Shown here: in pieces, positions 9,931-19,486 of the stretch
Numbering within the stretch: the stretch's first letter is position 1
Layout of the letters: each line of letters opens with the position of its first letter
Source: an uncultured Lachnospiraceae bacterium
GTDB lineage: Bacteria > Bacillota > Clostridia > Lachnospirales > Lachnospiraceae
Direction: 5' to 3'
DNA length: 64,000 nucleotides
Assembly: GCA_949738465.1 (NCBI GenBank)
Contig: CATJBQ010000110.1
Span: 22,608 to 86,607 of the forward strand
Position numbers and translations under genes: made by a program
Notes under the pieces: generated by a model
The model's database searches: none
Told to the model about the DNA's origin: nothing
What the model saw: the letters and a program-made list of their open reading frames with translations, nothing else

Positions 9931-10763
9931 GTGACGATAGAAGAACTTAGGTGTCTGATTCATACGGGAGAGAAAATTGATGTGGAATTTAAAAGGGCAG
10001 AGAATGATCTGAATAAAGATCTATACCAATCGGTATGTTCTTTTAACAATAGAGACGGAGGACATTTATTTCTCGGTGTGGCAGATGGGACAAAAGAGAT
10101 CAAAGGCGTGAATCCCCAAAGAATTGATAAGATGCTTAAGGATTTTACAACCTCTATTAACAATGCGAATAAAATCAATCCGCCTATGTATCTTACACCT
10201 GAAGTATTTGATTTGGACGGGAAGAAGATTATTTATATCCGGATTCCGGAGGGGACACAGCTTAGGCGGTTAAATGGACGCATTTGGGACAGGACCCACG
10301 AGGGAGATATTGATATTACGGATAATGCAGAACTGGTATACAAGATGTATGCCAGAAAGCGGAATACCAATAAATATACAAAATTATACTCTGGTGGAAC
10401 TCCTGTTTTTGTTGAGGATGATATTTTTGGAATATTAATTCCGATGGAGAATGTTGCGGGGATACTGGCAGGGCTAGAGATATCTGTAAGAGAAAACAGC
10501 GAAGAAAACAAGCGAAGAAAACAGGTGAAGAAAACAGGCGAAGAAAACAGACGAAGAAAACAGGCGAAGAAAACAGGCGAAGAAAAACATTTGAAAATAT
10601 AGAAAAGATTAGCAAATATCTTGAAAAGTATGGAGAAGCAAAAACAAAAGATATTGCTGATTATTTGGGATTAAGTCAATCAAGAACAAGGGCATTGTTC
10701 TTTATGGCAGAAAATGTGGAAGCGATCGGTGAGACTACGAACAGGAAATATAAGTTAAAGTAA
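9931..10763 (+). pseudogene. AlbA_2 (Schlafen-type) DNA-binding regulator, shortened and split into two frames inside a 13-bp repeat tract
   Basis: The N-terminus (GTG 9931, GGGAGGG SD) reads TIEELRCLIHTGEKIDVEFK...NRDGGHLFLGVADG, i.e. an AlbA_2 domain, and stops at TAG 10600-10602. The expected C-terminal winged HTH (EKISKYLEKYGEAKTKDIADYLGLSQSRTRALFFMAENVEAIGETTNRKYKLK) is open in frame 3 from 10602 to 10763. Confidence 0.6.
10488..10591. repeat. 13-bp tandem repeat, about 7-8 units (consensus gaagaaaacaggc)
   Basis: Units start at 10501, 10514, 10527, 10540, 10553 and 10566 with exact 13-bp spacing. Degenerate units flank them at 10488 and 10579. All three frames of the unit are free of stops. 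Confidence 0.9.
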
Positions 10764-10784
10764 AGAGGCAGGAAAGAAGAAACA

Positions 10785-11396
10785 ATGGACAGAATACTAA
10801 TCATGGAAGATGACCGCAGCATCCGGGAGGAGCTGGCCCTGCTGCTTCGTGCCAACGGATACCAGCCGGTGGAGGAGCCGCCCTGCGAGCTGGCCCTTCT
10901 GGACATCAATCTGCCGGGAGAAAATGGCTTTGAGGTCTGCAGGAGGCTCCGGCAGGCCTCTGATGTGCCGGTGATCTTCCTGACGGCCCGGGCATCCGCG
11001 GAGGACGAGATCCTGGGATTTGGTATGGGAGCGGACGATTATATCCGCAAGCCCTATCACTCGGCGGTTCTGCTGGCCAGGATCGCAAGGCTGTTAAAAA
11101 AGAAGAACAGCGCCCTTCTGGCGATGCGGGGACTTACGCTGAACTTAAAGGAGCTTACGGTAAGCTACCAGGGGAAGACGGAGGAGCTGACGAAGAACGA
11201 GACGCGGATTCTGGCCTGCCTGATGGAAAAGGAATTGTGCACCAGGGAGGAGATCATCGAGGAGCTGTGGCAGAACAGCCTTTATATCGATGAAAATACC
11301 CTCTATGTCAATGTAAAACGCCTGCGTGACAAGCTGAAAAGGCTGGGCGCGGAAGGGTACTTACGCACTGTGCGGGGCGTGGGGTACCGGCTATGA
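10785..11396 (+). CDS. OmpR-family response regulator (BceR-like)
   Basis: Contains ILIMEDD, ALLDINLPGENG, RKPY and a C-terminal ...VRGVGYRL. It sits upstream of a BceS-like kinase and a BceAB-like transporter. Confidence 0.9.
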   Translation: MDRILIMEDDRSIREELALLLRANGYQPVEEPPCELALLDINLPGENGFEVCRRLRQASDVPVIFLTARASAEDEILGFGMGADDYIRKPYHSAVLLARIARLLKKKNSALLAMRGLTLNLKELTVSYQGKTEELTKNETRILACLMEKELCTREEIIEELWQNSLYIDENTLYVNVKRLRDKLKRLGAEGYLRTVRGVGYRL

Positions 11397-12352
11397 GATT
11401 TGGGGATTATCTCTATGATAAGATCGTGACGCTCTGCTTTCTTGGAATCGGCGGGCTTTTATCCGGCCTGCTGGGGGCGGCCTGCGGCCTGGGGTTTTTG
11501 GAACTCCTGCTGGGGGCCGCCTGTTATGCCGGGATCATCCTGGGGTGGCTTCTGGTTTCTTTTCTGGTAGAAAAAGGAAGGCTGGAAAAGCTGGAGCATC
11601 TGATTGCGGAGCTGCCGGAGAAATATCTGCTGGGCGAGGTGCTGCCGCCTCCTGCGGATCTGGTGGGACGCCGGTATGATCAGGTGATGGGAGAGATTTC
11701 CAGAGCGGCGGTGGGAGCGGTTGAGCAGGCCCGGCGGGAGAAGGAAGAATACTGTGACTATGTGGAAAGCTGGATCCACGAGATGAAGACGCCCCTGACG
11801 GCCTGCAGCCTGATCCTGGCCAATGGCGGGGATGTAAGGAAGCTGAAGGCGGAGCTGAAACGGGCCGATAACCTGACGGAAAGCATTTTGTATTACGCCA
11901 GGATGCGGTCTGCCGAAAAGGATACCCAGATAAGCATGTGCCACGTGGAGGACGTCATCGAAGCGGCGGTGAAAAGCCAGATGGAGCTTTTGATGGCCGC
12001 CAGGATCCGGGTGGAGACAGAGGGAGGCTTTACGGCTTATACCGATGCCAAAGCCCTGGAATTTATTTTAAAGCAGCTTCTGATCAACTGTGCCAAATAT
12101 TGCCCGGGCTGCCGGATCCGGATTGGGGCGGCAGCAGGCGTGATTACGGTGGAGGATAACGGAATCGGAATTCCGGACCATGAGCTTTCCCGGGTCACGG
12201 ACCGCGGTTTTACCGGGACAAATGGCCGGCGGCTCGGGGGCGGCCCCGGGATGGGGCTGTACCTGGTCCGGGAGCTGTGCCAACGTCTGGGCCTGGGGCT
12301 TTCGGTAGAGTCGGAGCAGGGGGCCTACACCCGGATTACGCTGGATTTCTAA
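11393..12352 (+). CDS. intramembrane-sensing histidine kinase (BceS-like)
   Basis: ATGA overlap with the regulator gene. Two N-terminal TMs with almost no loop, H-box IHEMKTPLTA, and the G-box region VEDNGIGIP...PGMGLYLV. Confidence 0.85.
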   Translation: MRFGDYLYDKIVTLCFLGIGGLLSGLLGAACGLGFLELLLGAACYAGIILGWLLVSFLVEKGRLEKLEHLIAELPEKYLLGEVLPPPADLVGRRYDQVMGEISRAAVGAVEQARREKEEYCDYVESWIHEMKTPLTACSLILANGGDVRKLKAELKRADNLTESILYYARMRSAEKDTQISMCHVEDVIEAAVKSQMELLMAARIRVETEGGFTAYTDAKALEFILKQLLINCAKYCPGCRIRIGAAAGVITVEDNGIGIPDHELSRVTDRGFTGTNGRRLGGGPGMGLYLVRELCQRLGLGLSVESEQGAYTRITLDF

Positions 12353-12438
12353 CAAAAATGTAAGAATTCATATCGGCTTCCGTTAGAACAAAAACAGCGC
12401 TTCTGTAGTAAAATGGAGCGGAACGGAGGGAATTGGAT

Positions 12439-13203
12439 ATGAGTGAAATTTTAAAAATCACCAATGTAACAAAATATTATGGCAGCGGCAGCGTGGTCAC
12501 CAAGGCGTTGGACGGCGTGTCCTTTTCGGTGGAAAAGGGAACGTTTACGGCAATTATGGGGCCATCCGGCTCGGGAAAAAGTACGCTGCTGAACGTGATC
12601 TCCACCATCGACCGGATCAGCGCCGGGGAGATCTATGTGGAGGGAAAGCAGATCTCCGGGATGAAGGAGGACGCGCTGTCGGCCTTCCGCAGAGACCGGC
12701 TGGGATTTATTTTTCAGGAATACAATCTGCTGGATACGCTGACGGTGGAGGAAAATATTGTGCTGCCCTTGAATCTCCGGAAGGAGAGCCTGGAAAATAC
12801 CAGGAGGGAGCTTATGCGGGTTGCCCAGGCCCTTGAAGTATCGGAACAGTTAAAAAAGTTTCCTGGCGAGTTATCCGGCGGGCAGCGGCAGAGGGTGGCC
12901 TGCGCCCGTGCTATCATTACGGATCCGGCGCTGGTTCTGGCAGATGAGCCAACCGGAGCTCTGGATTCCCGAAATGCGAAAGCATTGATGCAGACGCTGG
13001 CTTCGATGAACGAAAACCAGGGCTCCACGATTCTGATGGTAACCCACGATCCGGTGGCGGCCTCCTATGGAGGGCGCGTGCTGTTTTTGAAGGATGGCCG
13101 TGTCTTTGGCGAGGTGTGTAAAGGAAACCGCGGCCGCCGGGAAATGTATCGGGAGATTCTTGCCGTTACGGCGGCGCTGGGAGGTGAGAACGATGTTATG
13201 TAA
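12439..13203 (+). CDS. ABC transporter ATP-binding protein (BceA/MacB type)
   Basis: Walker A GPSGSGKST, signature LSGGQRQRVA, Walker B LVLADEPTGALD. GGAGGG lies upstream of the ATG at 12439. Confidence 0.9.
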   Translation: MSEILKITNVTKYYGSGSVVTKALDGVSFSVEKGTFTAIMGPSGSGKSTLLNVISTIDRISAGEIYVEGKQISGMKEDALSAFRRDRLGFIFQEYNLLDTLTVEENIVLPLNLRKESLENTRRELMRVAQALEVSEQLKKFPGELSGGQRQRVACARAIITDPALVLADEPTGALDSRNAKALMQTLASMNENQGSTILMVTHDPVAASYGGRVLFLKDGRVFGEVCKGNRGRREMYREILAVTAALGGENDVM

Positions 13204-15142
13204 ACTGGCCCTGCGCAATGTCAGACGGCAGGTGGGAAATTATCTGATTTATTTTATGACTGTGTCCTTTACGGTGGCGATGCTGTTCGCCGTCAGCAAT
13301 ATTATTTTCAGTGAGAATCTCAAGCGTTATACGCTGATGGAGAATGACGGGAAATACGCGCTGATGGGCGTGGTGCTCCTGATTTCCTTTGTGGTGGCCT
13401 TTGTGCTCAGCTATGCCACGTCCTTCCTGCTGAAGCTTCGGAAACGAGAATTCGGGATGTATCTGACCCTGGGGATGACCCGGAAAAATATCCTGGCAGT
13501 GTTTTTGACGGAAAACGCCATTCTGGGCATTCTTTCCCTGGCGGCGGGGCTGGCGGTGGGCCTGTTTTTTTATCAGGGGCTCATGGCTTTGATGATGCGT
13601 CTTCTGGAAATGCAGTTTGCGCTGGCGCCCTATACGCCTGGGGGCGTGATTCTGACGGTGGTGATGGTGGCGGGGATTTTCCTGCTGGCCTCCGTAACAT
13701 CGGCGCTTTATCTCAAACGGGCGCGGATCTATGACCTGCTCCATACGGCAAAGCACAAAAGGGATGTCAGGCATCCTCTGCTCTGGCTTCTGGTGACATT
13801 GGCCTGCCTGGCCGGGATCATTTCCGGCCTTTGGTTTATCGGCGCGGAAGCGGAGCGAAATGTGCTTAACGGAGAACCCTTTGATGCGGTTCTGAATGCT
13901 GTCCTTGTGATGGGGCTGCTGATAATTTTGTTCCACATCGGCCTGGCCAGAAGCCTGATTTATGCTTTGCTGAAACGAAAAAGGATGTGCAGCAGGGGGG
14001 CGAATACCTTCGTGCTCCGGTCCCTTTCCGGTGCCCTTGGCAGTAATTCCATGATGCTGGGCTGTCTGGCGTTTCTTCTGGCCTTTGCCGTGGTATTGGT
14101 GAATTTTTCCTTTTGGCAGAAGGCGGGGCAGGAGGCGGAGCTTGACCGGAGCTATCCCTACGATATCTGGTATACGGGGGAGGCTTATTTCCGCACGGGA
14201 ATCCCGGCGTCTGAGGCGGAGGAGATCATCGGCGCCTACGGGGAAATTGAGAGCCGGTATACCTACAGGCTTTACCGCCCGAAGGAGGATGTGTTCCGCC
14301 AAAAGACCCGGTGGAGCGATTATGAGGGGATGGCGGATACCTATATGAAGCTTAGCGATTTTAACCGTCTGATTGAGCCTTTGGGCTATGAGGAGGTGGA
14401 GCTTATGGGGGAGTATCTGCTGGTGTCCAACATTCCCGAGGCCGGAACGGAGGATTGGGCAGGGATTACCCTGCATCATAGGGGAAAATCCTATGCCTTA
14501 AAGGAGGTGCGCACCGATTATCCGGTTTTCACTTACCAGTATTTTTATGTGGTGGCGCCGGACGAGGTGGTAGAAGATCTGGAGGAGGAAATGTATTACA
14601 CCGTATACAGCCTGAAGGAAGGGGATCTGGATGCGGCGGCACTGCTGGAGGAATTGAGCTATCCGGATCCCATGGGAGACGGTATGGTATGCGATTACAA
14701 GCTGCGGGAATACGGCCGGCAGGAGCTGCATAGCGTCAATGCGTTTCTGGTGATCGCGGCTTTGTTCGCGGCGGCGGTGTTCCTGTTCCTTGCCATGGCA
14801 ATTCTGGCTTTGAAAACCCTTGTGGGCCTGTTGGAGGACCGGCCGGGATATGAGATCCTTTTCCGCCTTGGGATGGGAGAACGGCAGCAGGGCCGCACCT
14901 TATTCCGGCAGACTTTTGGATTTTTCCTGCTTCCCTTTGTGATGCCGCTTTTACTGAGTATTCCGTCTGCGTGGGTCATCCTGCGGATTGCCAGAGCCTC
15001 CCGGATGGAGGGATTGGTTTCCCGGGTCCCGGTGATGACAGGGGCCACAGCCCTGGTGGTGACGCTGGTATATCTGCTGTATTATGTGGCGGTGTATGCA
15101 CTTGCGAAGCGGGCGGTGGTCTGCAGGGAAGGGCGAAAATAA
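13193..15142 (+). CDS. FtsX-family ABC permease with a large extracellular loop (BceB-like)
   Basis: Starts MLCKLALRNVRRQVGNYLIYF, the typical BceB N-terminus. About 10 TMs with a ~200-aa loop between TM7 and TM8. Overlaps the ATPase gene stop. Confidence 0.85.
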   Translation: MLCKLALRNVRRQVGNYLIYFMTVSFTVAMLFAVSNIIFSENLKRYTLMENDGKYALMGVVLLISFVVAFVLSYATSFLLKLRKREFGMYLTLGMTRKNILAVFLTENAILGILSLAAGLAVGLFFYQGLMALMMRLLEMQFALAPYTPGGVILTVVMVAGIFLLASVTSALYLKRARIYDLLHTAKHKRDVRHPLLWLLVTLACLAGIISGLWFIGAEAERNVLNGEPFDAVLNAVLVMGLLIILFHIGLARSLIYALLKRKRMCSRGANTFVLRSLSGALGSNSMMLGCLAFLLAFAVVLVNFSFWQKAGQEAELDRSYPYDIWYTGEAYFRTGIPASEAEEIIGAYGEIESRYTYRLYRPKEDVFRQKTRWSDYEGMADTYMKLSDFNRLIEPLGYEEVELMGEYLLVSNIPEAGTEDWAGITLHHRGKSYALKEVRTDYPVFTYQYFYVVAPDEVVEDLEEEMYYTVYSLKEGDLDAAALLEELSYPDPMGDGMVCDYKLREYGRQELHSVNAFLVIAALFAAAVFLFLAMAILALKTLVGLLEDRPGYEILFRLGMGERQQGRTLFRQTFGFFLLPFVMPLLLSIPSAWVILRIARASRMEGLVSRVPVMTGATALVVTLVYLLYYVAVYALAKRAVVCREGRK

Positions 15143-15157
15143 AAAAGAATAAAAACA

Positions 15158-15186
15158 TTGACAATGCGCATAATGCGCATTATAAT
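15158..15186 (+). promoter_or_regulatory. sigma-70-type promoter with a palindromic operator for hicAB
   Basis: TTGACA (15158-15163), a 17-nt spacer and TATAAT (15181-15186). The spacer consists of two copies of the self-complementary octamer ATGCGCAT (atgcgcataatgcgcat). Confidence 0.55.
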
Positions 15187-15242
15187 ATAACCAGCAGTCA
15201 AAGAGGAAGGAGAGATGTCATGAGTGAATAAGGAGGTATTGG

Positions 15243-15422
15243 ATGAGATTTAGAGAAGTTGAGAATCTAATATTAAAAAATGGATGGTATCAGGTAAAGC
15301 AAAAGGGTTCACACCACCAATATAAGCATCCGACTAAGCCTGGAAAAGTTACAATTCCAGAACATGGAGGGGATTTGAATCCTGACACAGTAAAATCAAT
15401 AATGAAACAAGCGGGGCTTTAA
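15243..15422 (+). CDS. hicA: HicA mRNA-interferase toxin (59 aa, below the ORF-track size cut-off)
   Basis: My own translation gives MRFREVENLILKNGWYQVKQKGSHHQYKHPTKPGKVTIPEHGGDLNPDTVKSIMKQAGL, which carries the HicA signature GSHxxY...P.H...l......I. Confidence 0.85.
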   Translation: MRFREVENLILKNGWYQVKQKGSHHQYKHPTKPGKVTIPEHGGDLNPDTVKSIMKQAGL

Positions 15423-15446
15423 GCCCCATTTACGCAATCTTTATAA

Positions 15447-15863
15447 ATGGAGGTGAATATTTTGAAATTAATTTATCCGGCTGTATTTAAGCCTTTTACA
15501 GATCAAAGTGGTGGATACGTAGTAGAATTTCCAGACTTACCTGGTTGTGTAACAGAAGGAAAAGATTTAGAACAGGCAATTGAAATGGGGATTGACGCGG
15601 CCAGCGGCTGGATTTTAGGAGAACTTGAGGATGGGGAGCAAATCCCACCTGCTTCCGATTATTCAGAAATAACGGCAGAGAATGGGTGTATGATAAATAT
15701 GTTATTATTAGACATTGATGCCTACGAAGAAAAATATGGTGAAAAGGCTGTAAGAAAAAATCTTACGATTCCTGCATGGCTGAATACTTTTGCTGAAAAA
15801 AATAATATCAACTTCTCTAAACTTTTACAAGATACCTTATTCTCAATGGCACAAACAAAATAA
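15447..15863 (+). CDS. hicB: HicB antitoxin
   Basis: The N-terminal HicB fold reads LIYPAVFKPFTDQSGGYVVEFPDLPGCVTEGKDLEQAIEM, and there is a C-terminal RHH-like tail. It lies immediately downstream of hicA. Confidence 0.85.
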   Translation: MEVNILKLIYPAVFKPFTDQSGGYVVEFPDLPGCVTEGKDLEQAIEMGIDAASGWILGELEDGEQIPPASDYSEITAENGCMINMLLLDIDAYEEKYGEKAVRKNLTIPAWLNTFAEKNNINFSKLLQDTLFSMAQTK

Positions 15864-15902
15864 ATATACAGGGTACTGGGAGCAGAAAGAGAGGACAACA
15901 GG

Positions 15903-16952
15903 ATGGCACAGAAGAAGAAAAAGAAAGTGTCGAAGCGGAAACGGCAGAAGCGGAAGGTTATAGGACTGATTGTCCTGATTCTCGTGCTGCTTCTTTTGCT
16001 GGTAATGGCATTTGGATTCAGCAAATGGAATAAAATGGACCGGATTTCCTTTGGAATGGGTGAACTTCAGTTCAATGACCTGTCAGTGGAGACGGAAGAA
16101 AGCATGGAGGGGTATACGACCCTGGCGCTGTTTGGGCTTGATAACCGTTCCAACGGCAATTTCCAAAGCGGCAACAGCGATACGATTATCGTGGTGGGCA
16201 TCAACAACCAGACCGGTGAGATCAAGATGGCTTCGGTATACCGGGACAGCTACCTGGATATCGGAGAGGGCAATTTTAATAAGGCCAATGCGGCCTATAA
16301 CCGGGGCGGTCCAAAGCAGGCCATCAATATGCTGAACCGGAACCTGGATCTGAACATCACCGATTATGTCAGCGTGGATTTCAACGCGGTGGTAGACGCG
16401 GTGGATGCCGTGGGAGGCATCGAGCTGGAGATTACCGAGGAGGAAGCGGTTTACATCAACGGATACATCGACGAGGTTGCGGAGGTAACCGGAAAGAGCA
16501 GCAGCCATATCGGGGCGGGATTACAGACGGTGGACGGGGTGCAGGCCACATCCTACGCCCGGATCCGTTATACGGCAGGGAACGATTTCAGGCGGACGGA
16601 GCGTCAGCGCACCGTGATCACCAAGGTTTTTGAGAAAGCCAAGAGCGTCGATCTGCTGACACTGAACCGGACGATCGATACCATTCTGCCGGAGATTTCC
16701 ACCAGCTTAAGCCTGACGGAGGCCCTGGGGCTGGCGGCGGATCTTGGGAAATATAATATGGGGGAGAATACCGGCTTCCCCTATCAGACAAAAACCATGG
16801 ACATCGGCTCCGTAACCTATGCGGAGGTGCCGGTGGATTTTGTGGAGAGTGTGAAGCAGCTTCACCAGTTTTTGTTTGCCGATGAGGATTACTCGCCTTC
16901 CGCAACGGTGCAGGAGCTGGATGCGGTGCTGGCAGGATATACGGGGAATTAA
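15903..16952 (+). CDS. LytR-CpsA-Psr (LCP) family cell-wall glycopolymer transferase
   Basis: Lys-rich N-terminus plus a TM, then LALFGLDNRSN...SDTIIVVGIN...SVYRDSY...NAAY..GGP...INMLNRNLDLNITDYVSVDF, the LCP core. Confidence 0.85.
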   Translation: MAQKKKKKVSKRKRQKRKVIGLIVLILVLLLLLVMAFGFSKWNKMDRISFGMGELQFNDLSVETEESMEGYTTLALFGLDNRSNGNFQSGNSDTIIVVGINNQTGEIKMASVYRDSYLDIGEGNFNKANAAYNRGGPKQAINMLNRNLDLNITDYVSVDFNAVVDAVDAVGGIELEITEEEAVYINGYIDEVAEVTGKSSSHIGAGLQTVDGVQATSYARIRYTAGNDFRRTERQRTVITKVFEKAKSVDLLTLNRTIDTILPEISTSLSLTEALGLAADLGKYNMGENTGFPYQTKTMDIGSVTYAEVPVDFVESVKQLHQFLFADEDYSPSATVQELDAVLAGYTGN

Positions 16953-17125
16953 AGCGGCAGGAGAGACGGCGGAGAGATCGCGTGGACAAAAGGCGGCGGA
17001 AGATTTCCGCTGTCTTTTTTTTGGAAATTTTGTCACCTTTTGTCTTTTGGAAGCATCTATTTAGCAGAACAAGAGAAGAAAGAAGGGACAGAAGATGAAA
17101 CGGGAAACAAAAAGGTGGTACAGTC

Positions 17126-18535
17126 ATGGATTTTAGCAGGATGGTGGTGTTCAGCAGCCTGGAATTTATCGGAGTTTTTCTCCCGCTGTTTTTCTTATTT
17201 TATTTTTTAGTGCCAGACCGGTTCAAAAATGTGATATTATTAATCGGAAGTCTGACATTTTATTTTGTGGGGGCGTGGAACAACCCGGAGCATCTTATCC
17301 TGCTGCTTTTATGTATTCTGTTTGATTTTGCCGCAGGGCTTCTGGTGGAGAAGTCAAGGAGGCGGAAGGTCTATCTGGCCATGGGAATTTTGTTCCATCT
17401 GTTCTGCCTGGGAGCATTTAAATATGCAGGATTTGTGGTGGGGGAGCTTGGCCGCTTCCGGCCTGGCGCCAATCTTGTTTTTGACCTGGTACTGCCCATC
17501 GGAATTTCCTTTTATACCTTTCAGGGAATATCCTACTTGATCGATGTGTACCGGGGAACCGTTCGGGCGGAGAAAAGCCTGCTGCGGTTTGCGGTCTATC
17601 TGTCCATGTTTGAGCAGTTAATTGCCGGGCCGATTGTGGTATACGGCCAGGTGCGGCGGGAGTTAATGCAGCGCAGCGTGCGGGCAAGGAATGTGGTAAG
17701 GGGGATCGGGATCTTTATTTTTGGCCTGGGGCTTAAAGTATTGCTGGCGAACCCCATCGGAAAGTTGTGGTCCCAGGTGCTTGCCATCGGATTCGAGAGC
17801 GTCTCTACGCCCCTGGCCTGGATGGGGATTGTGGCGTATTCGTTCCAGATTTATTTTGATTTTTTCGGGTATTCGCTGATGGCCATCGGCCTGGGAAAGA
17901 TGCTGGGCTTCAGTCTGCCGAAGAATTTTGACCACCCCTATATGAGCCGGACCATGACGGAATTCTGGCGCAGATGGCATATGACGCTGGGGGCCTGGTT
18001 CCGGGAGTATGTATATATCCCGCTGGGCGGCAACCGGAAGGGGACGTGGGCCACTGTCCGCAATCTGCTGCTGGTGTGGCTGCTGACGGGGATCTGGCAT
18101 GGCGCAGGATATAATTTTATTCTGTGGGGAGCGCTGCTGTTTTTCATAATTATTGTGGAAAAATATATCACCGGGCGTTTTTTGAGTCGGACGCCAGTGG
18201 TGGGGCATATTTATATGATCCTGCTGATCCCCCTAAGCTGGGCAGTGTTTGCCGTGGAGGATATCGGCCGTCTTGGTATACTGTATACAAGACTGTTCCC
18301 TTTTTTCGGGCAGGGCCCCTGGTCGCTGTTCCGCTACGATTATCTGAAATATTTAGAATTGTATTGGCCTTTTTTCCTGGCGGGGATTCTGCTGTCTACC
18401 AGACTCCCATATGCCCTTTTAAAAAAGGTGAAAAGCGCCGCTGTGATCTGGCTGCTTCTGGCGGCGGTCCTGTCGGCAAGTGTTTACTGTATGTATCGGG
18501 GATTTGATGATCCCTTCCTGTATTTTCGGTTTTGA
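17126..18535 (+). CDS. MBOAT-family membrane O-acyltransferase (AlgI/DltB-like)
   Basis: Multi-TM protein with SFYTFQGISYLIDVYRG and the catalytic-His region FWRRWHMTLGAWFREYVYIPLGGNR. Confidence 0.9.
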   Translation: MDFSRMVVFSSLEFIGVFLPLFFLFYFLVPDRFKNVILLIGSLTFYFVGAWNNPEHLILLLLCILFDFAAGLLVEKSRRRKVYLAMGILFHLFCLGAFKYAGFVVGELGRFRPGANLVFDLVLPIGISFYTFQGISYLIDVYRGTVRAEKSLLRFAVYLSMFEQLIAGPIVVYGQVRRELMQRSVRARNVVRGIGIFIFGLGLKVLLANPIGKLWSQVLAIGFESVSTPLAWMGIVAYSFQIYFDFFGYSLMAIGLGKMLGFSLPKNFDHPYMSRTMTEFWRRWHMTLGAWFREYVYIPLGGNRKGTWATVRNLLLVWLLTGIWHGAGYNFILWGALLFFIIIVEKYITGRFLSRTPVVGHIYMILLIPLSWAVFAVEDIGRLGILYTRLFPFFGQGPWSLFRYDYLKYLELYWPFFLAGILLSTRLPYALLKKVKSAAVIWLLLAAVLSASVYCMYRGFDDPFLYFRF

Positions 18536-18547
18536 GAGGTTGTACAA

Positions 18548-19486
18548 ATGAGAAAGTCAAATACGCTTACGTTTTTATTTTTTGTTGCATTGATGGGGGC
18601 TGCGCTGCTGTTGATCTATGTGCGGAGACTGCCGGCGGCCGGCTTTGGCGTGCCTGCGTCTGGGGGCTTTGGCAACCGGGGGTGCGGGGCCGTATCCGCT
18701 GCGTCGGTGGTCTGGGATCCCATTCACCTTGCCGGGGCGCCCGTGGATTTTACGGTTTCCGATGAGCTGGAGCTTGTGGAAAATTTTTCCGGCAGCCAGG
18801 AGGATGGAATGCTGCCAGAGGAGGGTGCAGAGATTTCCGGGGCGCAGCCGGAGGGTGCAGAGATTTCCGGGGCGCAGCCGGAGGAAGCTATCGGAGCACC
18901 GGCCGGGCCCACAAGGGATTCTCTTTTTATCGGGGATTCCAGAACGGTGGGGATCTGGGAATATGCCGGGCTGGAGAGTGCAGATTTTTTTGCGGCCACC
19001 GGTATGAGCGTGTTTAACGTTCAGGAAAAGCCAATTTCAGTTCCCACCATTGGAAAGGTCACTTTGGAGGAGCTGTTAAGCCAGGAGCAGTACGCCAAAA
19101 TCTACCTTATGCTGGGGATCAACGAGCTGGGATACAGCTTTGACGAGATCCTGCCCCAGTATGAGAAGCTTGTTACCTTTATCCAGGAAAAGCAGCCGGG
19201 GGCGGCCGTTTTTATCCAGGCAAACCTTCACGTTACCAGGGCCCGTTCCCAGAGTGATGCGTATATCAATAATGAAGCCATCAACCATCTCAATGGAGCA
19301 CTTTCGGAGCTGGCCGCGGGGAAGGGGGCCTTTTATCTGGATGCCAACCCGGTATTTGACGACGGAAACGGGGAGCTTTCTTCGGAAAAATCGGAGGATA
19401 ACGTGCATTTGTATGCAAAATATTATGTGGAGTGGGGCCAGTGGATCCTTCAGGAGACAGCCGCAAAGCTGGGGGAGGGGGCTTAA
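18548..19486 (+). CDS. secreted or membrane-anchored SGNH/GDSL-type hydrolase, partner of the MBOAT protein
   Basis: N-terminal TM, block I FIGDSRTVG, and LMLGINELG. It lies directly downstream of the MBOAT gene, an AlgI/AlgJ-like arrangement. Confidence 0.7.
   Translation: MRKSNTLTFLFFVALMGAALLLIYVRRLPAAGFGVPASGGFGNRGCGAVSAASVVWDPIHLAGAPVDFTVSDELELVENFSGSQEDGMLPEEGAEISGAQPEGAEISGAQPEEAIGAPAGPTRDSLFIGDSRTVGIWEYAGLESADFFAATGMSVFNVQEKPISVPTIGKVTLEELLSQEQYAKIYLMLGINELGYSFDEILPQYEKLVTFIQEKQPGAAVFIQANLHVTRARSQSDAYINNEAINHLNGALSELAAGKGAFYLDANPVFDDGNGELSSEKSEDNVHLYAKYYVEWGQWILQETAAKLGEGA
18821..18880. repeat. perfect in-frame 30-bp tandem duplication
   Basis: gagggtgcagagatttccggggcgcagccg occurs twice back to back, giving EGAEISGAQP x2 in the linker of the SGNH protein. 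Confidence 0.95.

Noticed and set aside
10488-10591. Possible CRISPR array, because of regularly spaced repeats.
   Set aside because: The units are contiguous 13-mers with no spacers, far shorter than CRISPR repeats, and lie inside a coding region. No cas genes are present in the window.
13196-14479. 427-aa minus-strand ORF. Similar long antisense ORFs occur at 35246-36289, 60316-61221, 62349-63296 and 508-1509.
   Set aside because: All are mirror-frame ORFs inside well-supported plus-strand genes (BceB-like permease, ARH protein, RACo, rSAM, TrmH). They have low-complexity basic sequences and no SD-supported starts.
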